Shown piece by piece: positions 10,312 through 22,094 of a stretch of DNA of 64,000 nt (position 1 is its first letter; each line of letters begins with the position of its first letter). Source of the DNA: Wickerhamiella versatilis (lineage: Eukaryota). Made by a program: the position numbers and the translations under genes. The notes beneath the pieces are model-generated. The model had not been told where the DNA came from. It worked only from the letters and a program-made list of their open reading frames with translations, and did not search any database. The stretch lies in contig JAQOWU010000001.1 of NCBI GenBank assembly GCA_030867685.1, positions 992,001 to 1,056,000 on the forward strand. The letters are read 5' to 3'.

Positions 10312-13300
10312 TCATTTATGCTGTTCCCCACCAACTGAAACCGGTGCCTTGCTTTGTTTGGACTTAAGAAAATGCAACTTGAATACGTCTGAGCCTAATG
10401 ATTTCACAAGGTCTTTGATGGGCCCCTTTGTGTCCTTTTCAACAAAGGTTTCCAAGGATGACATGCCAAATATCGATTTGCCAGTGTTTTGGGCCCGCGA
10501 TTCTGTGACCCGCTTAGCATAAGGCATTTGCAAATATAGCAAGGCAATTGCATTCTTAACACCAAGCTCAGATCGAATGCGTGAACCCATCAGCTTAGCG
10601 CGATCAATGATACGCTCGTCAGTTGTCGCGTCTACCAAAGCTTTACATAGTGAATTAGTGTGTAGCGATGACTTGAGGTTAAATCCGACTCCCATTTCTG
10701 CAACTCTTCTTCCATAAAAAAATTGATCACCGAAGAATGGCTTGATAATTGTTGGAAGACCGGCCCGGAGTGAAGCACCAGTGGTTCCCGACCCGCCATG
10801 GTGGACCGCTGCATCAATCCTCGGAAAGAGCCACGCATGGGATACTTGATTAACCTCGAATATATATTTCGATTTGATTTCGCCACCGCTATCTTTTTCT
10901 TTGGAACCTCTTCGAGACCATCCTCGCGCCAGTACGCAATTTACATTCGCATTTTCCACAGCGTCCACAATAATCTTTGTCATCTTTTCCGGATCATCGA
11001 CGACAATCGATCCAAATCCAATATAGACGATCTTCTTATTTACCCTACGTGAATTATCCACGAAGTCAACGAGAGCAGAATTTGGTATATCCATCTTTGT
11101 ATCCAGAAACCAATAACCCGTGTAGTCTATCCAATCGGGTTCATCGATCGGTGGAACCAGAACAATAGGCGAAACGCAATACATGAAAGGTACGTCTTGC
11201 TGACGAAGGTCTTCAAGTGATGTCGATGGTAATCCCAAGGTTTTTTGTCTCCAATGATTGACTTGTCTAGAGATACCCATCCATAGCATGTTATTAAAAA
11301 TGGAATAAGTAGAGTAATTGTAGGTACCACCCATGTCATGGTCTGGGACAATGAATGCTTGGGGATATTTTCGAGTTTGGGTCCAAGGCATCGTGAATGT
11401 ACGGAAGTACGGAATTTTAAGTGCTTCTGCAATATGGATTCCTGCCATTGCAGATGGAGACTCGATCAGAACATCAGTGTCATCTTTAACTGCCTTCCAA
11501 GCGGTCTCGAGAAGCTCACGCAGCCATCCTGTGAACTTGGGAGCAGCGTCTTTAATGAAGCTCATTGTGAATCCGCCATGGCTAATCATGATTTTCATTA
11601 GATCTGCGGGATTTCCGGCTATAGGTTTGAAATCAATACCAAATCCCTTCACCCAATCTTCGAATTCGCCGTGAGTTACTATACGGCATTTATGTCCTTC
11701 CGCTTGCAGACCAAGTGATAGAGCAATATACGGTTGTACATCTCCGCGACTACCAATTGTGAGCATAGTGATATTCAGCGGCTTTAGAAGCTTTGCATTT
11801 GAAAGCCCAGCAAGATCTGTCAGAGATGGATCAAATATGATTGGCGGCACCATTGTTGGATTAACCACACTATATTCACCCACTAACGTGAAAAGACGAG
11901 CAGATTTCATCGATTGCTCTACGAATTGCTTCTCTGTTGGAACTAAGCTATCCTTACGGTCAATGCTGTCTTCCTGACTACGCCGGTTCTGAACTGCCCG
12001 CTGAAGACATTCCAAAACCTTAGCCATTTCTGCCGAATTCAGTTCGAACCAGAGATCATGTTTTAGGCTTTTTGTAGTGATGGAAATTCCTGAATGACCC
12101 ACTATGATAGAAATATGCTGCTCTACCTTCTCAATATCCACTAAAGGCATGACCATCGTATCTTCAATGCCAGACTTGCGGCGGTAACATAAGAAGACAT
12201 TGGTGATGTACAAGAGTCCCGAGTGAGGTATTGCTATTCCTCGGTGAATAAGAGATTCCACTGTGCGCAAAAGCTTTGTATTTTCTGGCAATCCAAAGTA
12301 TTTCCTGAAGTCATTTGCACTGGGAGTATCCTTATGTACATTATTTCGTACCCGTGAGCTAAGATCTTTCAAGAATATCTCACCTTTAGAATCCGAATTA
12401 TCATCCACTCTCCCAAAATCATTTGAAATATCGGTTTTTTTCATCATCTGATCTAGATCTCCACGCAGCTCCAATTGAATAGGAGTGGTATCGTATACTT
12501 CACGGGTAATTGTGTGCGTTTTACCCTTTTCAATTTGCCTAAGAACGTCATTGGCATAAGTGGGTCCCTCACTGTCTATGTTATTTTCAAATTGCGGCCG
12601 ATTTGAAACTCCGAAGTTATATTTGAACAACGATTGTAAACCTGGTTTCGGACAGATTTCAATTTCAACTGCATGTGTAAGCCCAAGGTAGTCATATTCC
12701 CTTGTTGTTTTGATATTTTCAAATGGTAGGCAAATGATAGCGTTATTGCCTCTAGTGGAACATCGAAATATCTCTCGTTTCAATTCGCGCACCCATATAT
12801 AAGCGGAATAGTGACTATCCGCTTGTAGTCTAATTCGACTCCCGTCGATCAATTTCAGGTCGAAGCCTGTACTGTCCTTGGAATCTGCTCGTACCTCTGC
12901 AGTTTTAATATTTGTAAGATGTACAAAGCCCTCTGGAAAATAAATCTCGTCAAGATTGGCATACCAGCAAAATATTTCATGACGAAGTACAAACCAGCTT
13001 CTCACGAGATCTTTGCGTAAAAAAGACTCTCTTTTCCGACTCAAATTTCCCGAATGTATAATTCTTGAACTGTCTACTTCCACTGGTGCAACAAATAACA
13101 GCGTGTCTGACGTGAGGTAGATCTTACCCTGCAATAATACATCGGTAATTAGCCATCCATAATATACTATCACATTCTGTCCTGTGTCATTGTCGTCCAG
13201 CTTGAGTAATTCCCTAATTTTGGACGGAAGATTCTCTGCAGTATTCGTACTGTATTCAAATGTAGAGTCCCAATTACCCTTTTTACTACTTGTAGGGCTT

Positions 13301-13494
13301 TCAGGTGAAGGTTGGCGGTTATGTTTGCTATCTTTTTGCTGAAAGGATGCTTCCTTGCTTTCGAGGTGTGAATCATGATCGTCACCATCAACTTGCATCT
13401 CCTTACTGCTTTCTTCTGCAGTGGCAGCTAAAAACTGGAGGTATGCCTGCATCTGTGTGCTACTACCTCCAATTACATTCTGAGTATCATTCAT
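10312..13494 (-). CDS. ATG26: Sterol 3-beta-glucosyltransferase (PH/GRAM + GT1 domains)
   Basis: PH- and GRAM-like N-terminal region, then MLTIGSRGDVQPY, IESPSAMAGIHIAEAL, HHGGSGTTGASLRAG and KPFFGDQ. Confidence 0.95.
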   Translation of the reverse strand: MNDTQNVIGGSSTQMQAYLQFLAATAEESSKEMQVDGDDHDSHLESKEASFQQKDSKHNRQPSPESPTSSKKGNWDSTFEYSTNTAENLPSKIRELLKLDDNDTGQNVIVYYGWLITDVLLQGKIYLTSDTLLFVAPVEVDSSRIIHSGNLSRKRESFLRKDLVRSWFVLRHEIFCWYANLDEIYFPEGFVHLTNIKTAEVRADSKDSTGFDLKLIDGSRIRLQADSHYSAYIWVRELKREIFRCSTRGNNAIICLPFENIKTTREYDYLGLTHAVEIEICPKPGLQSLFKYNFGVSNRPQFENNIDSEGPTYANDVLRQIEKGKTHTITREVYDTTPIQLELRGDLDQMMKKTDISNDFGRVDDNSDSKGEIFLKDLSSRVRNNVHKDTPSANDFRKYFGLPENTKLLRTVESLIHRGIAIPHSGLLYITNVFLCYRRKSGIEDTMVMPLVDIEKVEQHISIIVGHSGISITTKSLKHDLWFELNSAEMAKVLECLQRAVQNRRSQEDSIDRKDSLVPTEKQFVEQSMKSARLFTLVGEYSVVNPTMVPPIIFDPSLTDLAGLSNAKLLKPLNITMLTIGSRGDVQPYIALSLGLQAEGHKCRIVTHGEFEDWVKGFGIDFKPIAGNPADLMKIMISHGGFTMSFIKDAAPKFTGWLRELLETAWKAVKDDTDVLIESPSAMAGIHIAEALKIPYFRTFTMPWTQTRKYPQAFIVPDHDMGGTYNYSTYSIFNNMLWMGISRQVNHWRQKTLGLPSTSLEDLRQQDVPFMYCVSPIVLVPPIDEPDWIDYTGYWFLDTKMDIPNSALVDFVDNSRRVNKKIVYIGFGSIVVDDPEKMTKIIVDAVENANVNCVLARGWSRRGSKEKDSGGEIKSKYIFEVNQVSHAWLFPRIDAAVHHGGSGTTGASLRAGLPTIIKPFFGDQFFYGRRVAEMGVGFNLKSSLHTNSLCKALVDATTDERIIDRAKLMGSRIRSELGVKNAIALLYLQMPYAKRVTESRAQNTGKSIFGMSSLETFVEKDTKGPIKDLVKSLGSDVFKLHFLKSKQSKAPVSVGGEQHK

Positions 13495-15394
13495 TATGGA
13501 ATTCGAACTTTGCTTTCCATGGATTACTAAGGTAAATCATACGAGAACTCAAGTATCAAAGGTAATAAAGGTTGCAGTGCCACGGATTTGCAAGTATACA
13601 AAAGCATGTAAATCTCCCTTCCCCATGTACTCAAATAGTATGCAATATATTATCTCTTCCTTTTCCCGTAAATGTTACTTAGACCTCGTATACACATGTA
13701 ACATAGCTGGGTAGGGGTTGAGTTCGGGTAGTAGGTGGTTCATCCGAAACCAATTTGACAAGCAAGTATTATACTACTGAGGATATGTATTCTTTAAAGT
13801 GAACTCTTTTTTATAAATCTCGTAGGATGTTTTGAAAGTTGAAGCTTTCCTTGAGAAGTTCTTCTAGGGATAGCTCATCGTGGCGTCTCACTGCTCCCTT
13901 CTGGCACGGAGGAGGTTTTTCCGTGTTCTTCATAATATTGGTGTCTACAAGTGAGGAATATGGCTTATTTATATGCCATTACTGGATATTATATTAGGTT
14001 AAATCAAAGTTCAGGCTTCATGGGTAACAGACTAGTCTATAGTGGGTAGGGATTGCTCATTTGCTTATCGCTTCCCTTAAAAATGGTGATTGTCAAAGCT
14101 TAAGGAAGATCGTGAGGGCATCCTTTGTATAACCCGCGATACATAAAAACAAGCATCGTGCGCGTGATCCCCGTTACCAAAATAGCTCACTAAGAAGTAT
14201 GATATTTATATAGATTAATTGACCACAAAATAGGCCTTGAGTACATTAAAATTGTATCAGTAGATAGCAAAAGTGTCGAATGTGTTCGGTTACAGAAGTG
14301 TACGGTCAACAACGTGAGCAGAAAGTAGATAAAGTTGATAAGAGAACAGACATAGCTGAAAATAGGTTTGGAAGAAATTCGAGAAATCGGTTAAGTTCAA
14401 GTGGCTCAAGAAAAAAATAGGTAGGATGCTCCTGTCTTTTGTTTGTTAGCATGGGAGGTTTGCAGTTTCACCGGCCAGACTCGGGTGCATCAAGTATTCT
14501 TCATAATTTGGGATCAGAGTTCAGGAGATTGTTTAAAACACAACTCCAGACACTTTTTCTTTGATATTGAGATACAATTTAGGAATTTTATTTCTATTAA
14601 GATGACCAAAGCTAGTATGCACAGGATAGATGAATTCTGAGGATACATTTAGTGAATGTATGTGGAACAAAAACCGTTGTGAGGTAAGGTTAATACCTCA
14701 ACCCTAATACCAATATGACATAACATGAAAGTGGGAATGGTAATTGATATATATTAAGCATGCAAAGCTAACATTTAGTTCAAAAAAAAATTTGGCAGAC
14801 TTTACAGTTGGATTTAATCTCGGATTGAAAAATGGAAAATAGTATAAGCAGTAGTTACTAATTAATATTGTGAATGTTTTGAAAACCTCGTGATACTATT
14901 TTGAACATGGTATAGTGATCGACGGATCGGATGTGCATCCACCCGGAGTAACTTTTTCGGGTAGGGTGGTACTGATTTAGAGCTCATGGCTGATGCTACT
15001 GCCAAGGGAAACATATAGCTACTCTAATAACTGGCATATACCATATATATATGCTATCTTGAGCTGGGTGGATAGTAAGTATGTCTCTGACTGCATAATA
15101 CGCCACTTATCGCAATGGCCATCTAATTTTGTTTTCTGCTTTAATCACTTGAATATTAAGAGTGATTAGACTTGAGGGAAGATGATGTCGTGAGGGCCAA
15201 CCGAGATACTTTATGGCTTGACCATTGGTGGCCAAGGTAACTTTAGTACAGTATACTTTTTAAAAACGCATATATAAGGTTGAGCAATGCTACTAAAAGC
15301 CAGTATTCTTTGTCCCACACTCCACTAGACAAAGCACGCTGTCACTCAATGGACTTAATTAATTGTACAAAGTATAAGTAATTGCAAAAACGAA

Positions 15395-16393
15395 CTAATG
15401 ACCTCCAACCTTACCTGGGCATCCGCTATAGTTATCCACTGCAGCAGAAGCACCATAAATCTCGGTTTGGAAGTAAATACCGTCATGGGCACCCAAATAG
15501 ATAATATTGAATATGGCAGAAATAGCATCATAAAGATCGCCCTTGCTAACGGTGTTGATAAGTTGGGAAATGCCAGTTGTAGCCGACTCAACAGATACTA
15601 GCCTCGGCAGCTTACCTGCAGGCCCACTCCAATCCTCAGAATGTTCGAAGTATTGGAAAGTTGTTGAATTTTCCGGAGATATCCAAACCATATTGTTTGG
15701 GTGCGAGAAGCCCCATTCGAAGCGAGGAAGCGTGGGAACCCAGTCCTGTCCATTCCAAACCCCAGTATACTTGTCATTGAACACTTCATTGAACGCACCA
15801 GCATATATCAAGTTACCAACTCGTGGAGGAGCGAAACCAACAACCCTTTCAACATTTCCATACGTGTTCTGTAAGGCCAGAGCACCAAGCTGAGCAATAG
15901 AAGCGCCCATGCTATGACCAATCACAGTTAATTGTGAATCAGGGTAATCCTGTAGCACAGCATTAACAGTTTCGTTCACAGACGGCCATGAGTCCCGATA
16001 CTGGTTCAGGAAACCATGATGTAATAATGAACCGAAAGGTAGTCCTAAATCCTCATCGGGTAGGGCTGGAGGTATAAAGTCTATGTCATGAAGCCAGTCT
16101 ATCCAGCTTGTACTGTTGGTACCTTCGTATGCCACCACAATTCCGTAAGTTGGGTCATGATAGACATCAACTCTTTGAGCGTCCAATTCCGAAAATGGAA
16201 GAGACTTGAGTAGAGTCGCGTTTGCCACTTTCAGTCCTGGCGATGTATATTCATTTTTTGAACAGTATGTAGTCTCGGTTAATGCAGCCAAATATGAAAG
16301 GTCTTCAGGACCAGAGGGCGGTGTTTTAGCAGCAGAAGCTCCATTGGCCAAGAGTGCAACGATAAAATGGATGGAATAAAACTTTGAGATCAT
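15395..16393 (-). CDS. Secreted class 3 lipase
   Basis: Signal peptide, oxyanion region VAYEGT, HHGF, nucleophile elbow GHSMG, PRVGN, DWVPTLP and C-terminal His (GAHDG). Confidence 0.92.
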   Translation of the reverse strand: MISKFYSIHFIVALLANGASAAKTPPSGPEDLSYLAALTETTYCSKNEYTSPGLKVANATLLKSLPFSELDAQRVDVYHDPTYGIVVAYEGTNSTSWIDWLHDIDFIPPALPDEDLGLPFGSLLHHGFLNQYRDSWPSVNETVNAVLQDYPDSQLTVIGHSMGASIAQLGALALQNTYGNVERVVGFAPPRVGNLIYAGAFNEVFNDKYTGVWNGQDWVPTLPRFEWGFSHPNNMVWISPENSTTFQYFEHSEDWSGPAGKLPRLVSVESATTGISQLINTVSKGDLYDAISAIFNIIYLGAHDGIYFQTEIYGASAAVDNYSGCPGKVGGH

Positions 16394-18045
16394 CAGATTA
16401 CCTGATTGCCAGACTCAAGGTATTTCTTGTATTTAAGCTTCCCCACTGTCTTGTAAATATACGAGTAACCCTTGACCATATAATAGTCTAATATCCTAAT
16501 TTCCGGTAGAAGACAAACAGCGCTTGAGGTCCAGCTAAAATTTAGTAGAAAAATGCTTAAATGACGTTAATAGTGAACTATAATATAATATCCGGGCACC
16601 GGTCGGGCCAAGCTAAGCGCCCATTCTAATAACTCACTTATATATATGCACGACGCCCATGGAAGATTGCATTTCGATCGGCAGGTTGCGATTCCACCGA
16701 GAGGTAGGGTTACGATGATCTAGATTACATAATATTTAGGCTATTCCCATTTCCCGAGACTGGTTGAAGAGTACCTGAAAATGACATTACTGATGATTTA
16801 AATACTGTTGACACTGAGACAGAGCTGCAAGTCATTTTGTTATTTTCCTTATGTTATGTTAGTCGGGAGGAAGAAGAGCGAGCTGGAAACTCACCCCCTC
16901 CCATGTAAGTTAAATCAGCTCCTTCGTAGCCACATAAGCCTTTACGATATATCCTGATTTGTCTACTAGGATTATTGAATCACATTTCTAAATTGGTTGG
17001 ATAGAAAATCGTCAATTACAGCTTACAGCAGAGATCCTTCGCTGGTTTTACTTGAAATAAATATGTCATCTGAAATTGAGATTGAAATTTCTTGGTTGGT
17101 ATATCGTTTAGAAGATGCGAAGTAGTCCATTCAAAAGCATGCTCACTACAAGGGGCATTGTGGATTGGCAGATGGCCTTCAGCAGTTACTTACCTAGCCT
17201 ATCACGGAGAAGACAATTCTTTTAACTAGGGCAAACTTGCTTGATTCTTTCAATAATCTAAGGGTAAGACTAATCGGAACAGGACATAGAGTTCTCGGCA
17301 TGCATGAGCCGTGTAAGACCTAAAACTAATGCTATATGATCTATATACTAGGCATGTCCAGCCAATGTGGCTTCGCACAGACATTGTGCCTCATTATCAA
17401 AAGGGTGAGTCAGTGATAAGACATTCAGACTCTGTAAAACGTCGCGCAAACCTAAAGTATATGCCTCTTAGCTGAACCACTTGTCAAGATTGACAAATAT
17501 GTGAGTGAGGGAGGCTATAGGCATTTGCATCGCACTGACTTTAGGCAAGAAGGGATCATTCTCATAACTACTGACACTTGTAGTTGGTAACAGAAAACTG
17601 GTTCTTCCTCCTAGCTTTATGAAAACAAAGTGTAAGTAACGTTTTGGGGGATTCTGTGTGATGAGAATCTACATGAATGCATCATATTAACAGGAGTATA
17701 ATCTAATGACTACAGCCCCCTTACGAATTTATGTTAGAATAGGTTTAATGAGAGCAACACTAGATATACCAAGAACCCCAAAATGTATTCTTTGTAGCGA
17801 ATATGGTAAAATGACTGCTGCTTTTGAGACTATCTTCAAGAACTCTAATATGTTATAATGCCCGGATATTTGTATGTATAACCCATTGAGATTGAGTTGT
17901 TTCTCATAATTTAGTAATATTTTACTGAATGCGACTTGAGTTACGTAGTTACGGCTTCCTCTACTTATTGGTTATTGCGTTTGAAACTACTAAAGGAATA
18001 AGAAGAGCTTAAAGACTGAGAATATCCAATGCTGAGTATTACCTA

Positions 18046-18076
18046 TTACGCCTTACGCCTTACGCCTTACGCCTTA
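18046..18076. repeat. Heptamer tandem repeat (TTACGCC)x4 + TTA
   Basis: Read directly: ttacgcc ttacgcc ttacgcc ttacgcc tta. Confidence 0.9.
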
Positions 18077-18458
18077 TAACGTTCTTAAAAATAGTTTAGT
18101 TCAGATAATCTAGCAAGTGCCTGAATAATAAATTTGGACCTAATAGAATTTCAGCATATAAAGTTAGCTACTTAAGCAATTCGACAGTTGTCAATTTGAC
18201 TATTTTAAATACTCAATAGTCATACCAGATAGTCTTCTTATCTTATACTATCCGACTATACACCACTAGTTCTCTAGGTATATCGAGAGAACCTTATTCT
18301 CTTATACTCCGATACAATCGTCTTTGATTTAAACAAGTCGCATAATCACTCACAGGTATTGTGCAATTATCCTATATTTGTTATGTTTAAAATTTGCTTA
18401 GGGTTTTGCGGGGATGTTACGTGCCTGGTAAGGTTAAAACAATCCCCATTTACCCCGC

Positions 18459-19298
18459 ATGTTAGTCCCGATAGTGTTAGTCATACAAATTCATACCTCG
18501 ACCATCATGGTGACCCACGCAGAGAAAAAAGATGTATTCCCCACTCCAATGAGAATACCTGTATTCAATGATGTGACAAAACATCGTAAATGGCTTCTTG
18601 AGCAAATGGCGGGTGCTTTCCGTGTGTTTGCAAGAAAAGGCTACAATCAAAGCATAGCAGGCCATATCAGCGTACGAGATCCTGAGGATCCGACAAAGTT
18701 CTGGCTTAATCCACTTGGCTATCCATTCGATCTCCTTAAGGCCAGTGACATGGTACTCGTTGATCATGAGGGTAACATAGTTGGCGGTAGCATGCTCCCT
18801 GTCAACAAAGCAGGATTTCAAATCCATTCGCATGTTCACGCTGCTCGCCCAGATGTCATTGTGGCATGCCATACTCACTCCACCTATGGTAAAGCCTACT
18901 CTGCCTTTGGAAAGCCGCTTGAGATGTTAAATCAGGATGTTTGCGTCTTTTACGATAACCATTCCGTTTATACCAACTTCGGAGGTATTGTATTAAGTGG
19001 CGATGAAGGTGAGCAAATTGCCAAGGCTATTGGAAATAACAGTGCCGTTATTTTGCAAAATCATGGGCTGCTTACCTGTGGTAGGACTGTTGGAGAAGCT
19101 GCTATGCTTTACACAACCCTTGAGCGGTCTTGTGAGGTTCAGCTTCTTGCCGACTCATCAAAGTACCCCAAGAAGCTTATTCCTGATGATGAGGCAAAGC
19201 ACACAAGAGACGCCCAATTATATCCGGATTTACTCTATTTCGCTTTTACACCTGACCTCCGATATGAGGAACACGTTGACCCCTCTTTTAAAGACTAA
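18459..19298 (+). CDS. Class II aldolase/adducin-domain protein (start may be ATG 18507)
   Basis: AGHISVRDP, FWLNPLG, AGFQIHSHVH, CHTHS and ILQNHGLLTCG Zn-binding His motifs. Confidence 0.9.
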   Translation: MLVPIVLVIQIHTSTIMVTHAEKKDVFPTPMRIPVFNDVTKHRKWLLEQMAGAFRVFARKGYNQSIAGHISVRDPEDPTKFWLNPLGYPFDLLKASDMVLVDHEGNIVGGSMLPVNKAGFQIHSHVHAARPDVIVACHTHSTYGKAYSAFGKPLEMLNQDVCVFYDNHSVYTNFGGIVLSGDEGEQIAKAIGNNSAVILQNHGLLTCGRTVGEAAMLYTTLERSCEVQLLADSSKYPKKLIPDDEAKHTRDAQLYPDLLYFAFTPDLRYEEHVDPSFKD

Positions 19299-20162
19299 AT
19301 ATCGAAAGAAGAATCTTTTTATACATTTTCAAGTAGCGATAAAATGATATAGCATGTTTTTAAAGCAAATTGTTAAAAAAATCTTAGGAGAAAAAGCCAT
19401 ATTGGAAGAGGAGTAAGTTTAGGGTTCCGATGCAACCTGTCAAAGGCAATTAGGAAACAAGGCTTCAGATTCTTTCCAGCTTCAATTCGATTAGTTTGGC
19501 GAAAGACCCCAATGTGCTGAACTGCGCGGCAAAAGTCATTGAAAACTGATGTTTTAGTTTATTTGACCGATAACAGGGTTCAACCTTTTTCCTAGTTAGA
19601 TATTACAAAATAACCCACTTTGACCTACCGATAAGTAACTTAAAAGGATGTCAGAGGGTGTTTTTATTCGGTCTGAGTTCGTTAGTTTGAAAAATCAAGG
19701 CGTATACGGTATTTCAGATTGGCAATACCAGGGCTTCTTGAAAATGACAGTATCACATATACTACTTAAGTATTCCATTGCCGAAAAAGTTCTGATCTCT
19801 TATTTGAAGTCCGGGAGTTGGGACCAGATTCTTTTTATACTGTCTCAAGCAGCTAAATGATTTTTTTTTCGGAGATGCTGACAATTATATGAAGACGATT
19901 AAATATATCTATTGCTTGTCAGCTTCAAGGGGTTAACGTAAGCGCTGTTTCGTACAACTTACTAATAAGTAAAAAACAGGCCTAAATGTAAAAATCCGAT
20001 GACACCTAGAAATAATTTTGCGATATAACAAAATGAATATAAGCATGGACTTGCCGTTTACGTCCTCTTAGGGTGGCGAGCGCAACATGGGTGTCTCTCG
20101 GAACAGTCACAATTAAGTAACTTCGCATATTCTTATCGCACTTCCCAATTTACATAATCGTC

Positions 20163-21764
20163 ATGGAAAAAAGTCCAGAGTTTTACGTCAAAGAAGAATC
20201 TATCGGACAAGAAGAGGCACTGGAGGAGGGACAAATCGAAGAGCAAAAGCTAGACAAGAAGCAGGGCAAGCTTGCGAGTTTTGATGCTATACTCCGAAAG
20301 CTCGGGCTCAAATACGAAAAACGCGGTATTGAAAGAGTTCCGCCCCATCTTCGAACCGGTAAATCGGTATTGTCTAATACGTCCATGTGGCTCTCGGTAA
20401 ATATTACTCTGAACTCGCTTACCAATGGTATGCTGGGTCAGACGAGCTTCAATATCAATTTTACCCACAGTTCGTTGATTATAGTGTTTATATCCATGTT
20501 AGGAGTGGCCTGCAGTGCATTTATTGGCACATTGGGTCCTAAAACTGGAATGCGTACGATGGTCTTAGGTCGATACTGTGGCGGATATATTGGAGCGCTT
20601 ATATTCAGCATTATCAACCTGTTGTCTCAACTGGGTTATGCAGTGATAGCCGCGATCGTCGGTGGCCAGGCTCTTTCGTCTATTGCCTCCAATGCCGACA
20701 TCAACGACGATAAACTTCCTATCACCGTTGGTGTTGTCATTATGGGTGTAATTTCGTGGTTTCTTTGTTTCATTGGTTACGATTGGCTGCATCGTTGGGA
20801 GCGCTATGCCTGGACAGTTTCTTTGGTACTATTTTGCATTCTTCTGGGGATGGGGTCTAAGGGTCACTACGATATATCCAATATCACAACGTATAACAAA
20901 GACACGGCTAAAGTTGATGTGGTTCCTGAGTTCGAAGGTGATGATTATGTGGGTGTATGTCTCACGTTTATAAGTATTGTGTATTCGGTTTCTGCTGCGT
21001 GGGCTACTGTCTCTGCAGATTTCAATGTTATGCTCCCTGAGAATACTTCAACGCATGCGGTATTTTGGTCGATGTTTGTATCTCAGTACCTTCCAATTGT
21101 GTTCTCAATGTTGGTTTCAAACGCTATTGCCTCTATCAGTAATAGTGACTATGTTAGATTACGCACTGATCCTGATTTCCCATTCGCATACTACGTCATG
21201 AAAATATTGTTACCGCTAAACGGGTTTGGTAAGTTCCTACAGGTGTTGTTTACATTTACTACAGTAAGTGCTAATGTACCAAACACATATTCAGCAGCAT
21301 TGTCAATACAGGCGCTATGGACAGGTTTTGAGCGTGTTCCCAGGGCTTTGTGGACGGTGGTTGTAGCTGCCCTCTGGATTATCGGGGGATGTTTCGGTCA
21401 TGACGAATTTCCAAGCATCTTGCAAGGCCTCCTTGGACTCATTTCTTACTGGATTGCGTTTTATACCGCTATAATGCTCTGGGAATTTGCGTGGTTCCGC
21501 CATCCTCGCGGCCCTTTGAAAGGCCTCGATCTCACTGCGTACAATGACAAGACAAAGCTTCCTATAGGATTCGGTGGTATTCTTGGTATCTGTGCAGGAA
21601 TTGGAGGAGCAGTTGTGGGGATGGATGCAACATACTATGTTGGTCCCATCGCTAGAAAGATAGGTGCAGAAGGCGGAGATGTAGGTTTCCAGATGGCAGC
21701 GGCTATGAGTGGTATAGTCTATCCGATAGCGCGCTACGCCGAAATTCGTATTTGGGGCCGCTGA
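20163..21764 (+). CDS. NCS1 purine-cytosine/pyridoxine permease (Fcy2/Tpn1 family)
   Basis: E-x-RGIERVP, GPKTGMRTMVLGRY, NVPNTYS and about 12 TM segments. Confidence 0.9.
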   Translation: MEKSPEFYVKEESIGQEEALEEGQIEEQKLDKKQGKLASFDAILRKLGLKYEKRGIERVPPHLRTGKSVLSNTSMWLSVNITLNSLTNGMLGQTSFNINFTHSSLIIVFISMLGVACSAFIGTLGPKTGMRTMVLGRYCGGYIGALIFSIINLLSQLGYAVIAAIVGGQALSSIASNADINDDKLPITVGVVIMGVISWFLCFIGYDWLHRWERYAWTVSLVLFCILLGMGSKGHYDISNITTYNKDTAKVDVVPEFEGDDYVGVCLTFISIVYSVSAAWATVSADFNVMLPENTSTHAVFWSMFVSQYLPIVFSMLVSNAIASISNSDYVRLRTDPDFPFAYYVMKILLPLNGFGKFLQVLFTFTTVSANVPNTYSAALSIQALWTGFERVPRALWTVVVAALWIIGGCFGHDEFPSILQGLLGLISYWIAFYTAIMLWEFAWFRHPRGPLKGLDLTAYNDKTKLPIGFGGILGICAGIGGAVVGMDATYYVGPIARKIGAEGGDVGFQMAAAMSGIVYPIARYAEIRIWGR

Positions 21765-22094
21765 TCTGTTCTTACATGAATAATAGTTAAACCCTTCGTT
21801 CTTCAGGCACCAAGTATTAATAACTAATAATGGCTATACTAATAATTATAATAATAATAACTAGTAATAAAATTACTTTATGCCACATTGTTGAGTAGGA
21901 TGTGTTGGGATAGTTTGAAAGGGATATGTCTAACAACTGTGATGGCTCGGTTCTGGGATCCTGCAAAAGTGTACTTCCAGCCATCGGTACCCATTTGGCC
22001 TCATGAATTTTAGGAGAGCTCCTACCATGAACTCTATATATTTAATTCATGGCAGGTCCCGTTCAGATATATCGGTTACTAATCAGCGTCCTGG

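Noticed and set aside
18046-18076. (TTACGCC)4 as a telomeric repeat or CRISPR-like array
   Set aside because: Only four units, no spacers and an internal position. It is best treated as a simple microsatellite.
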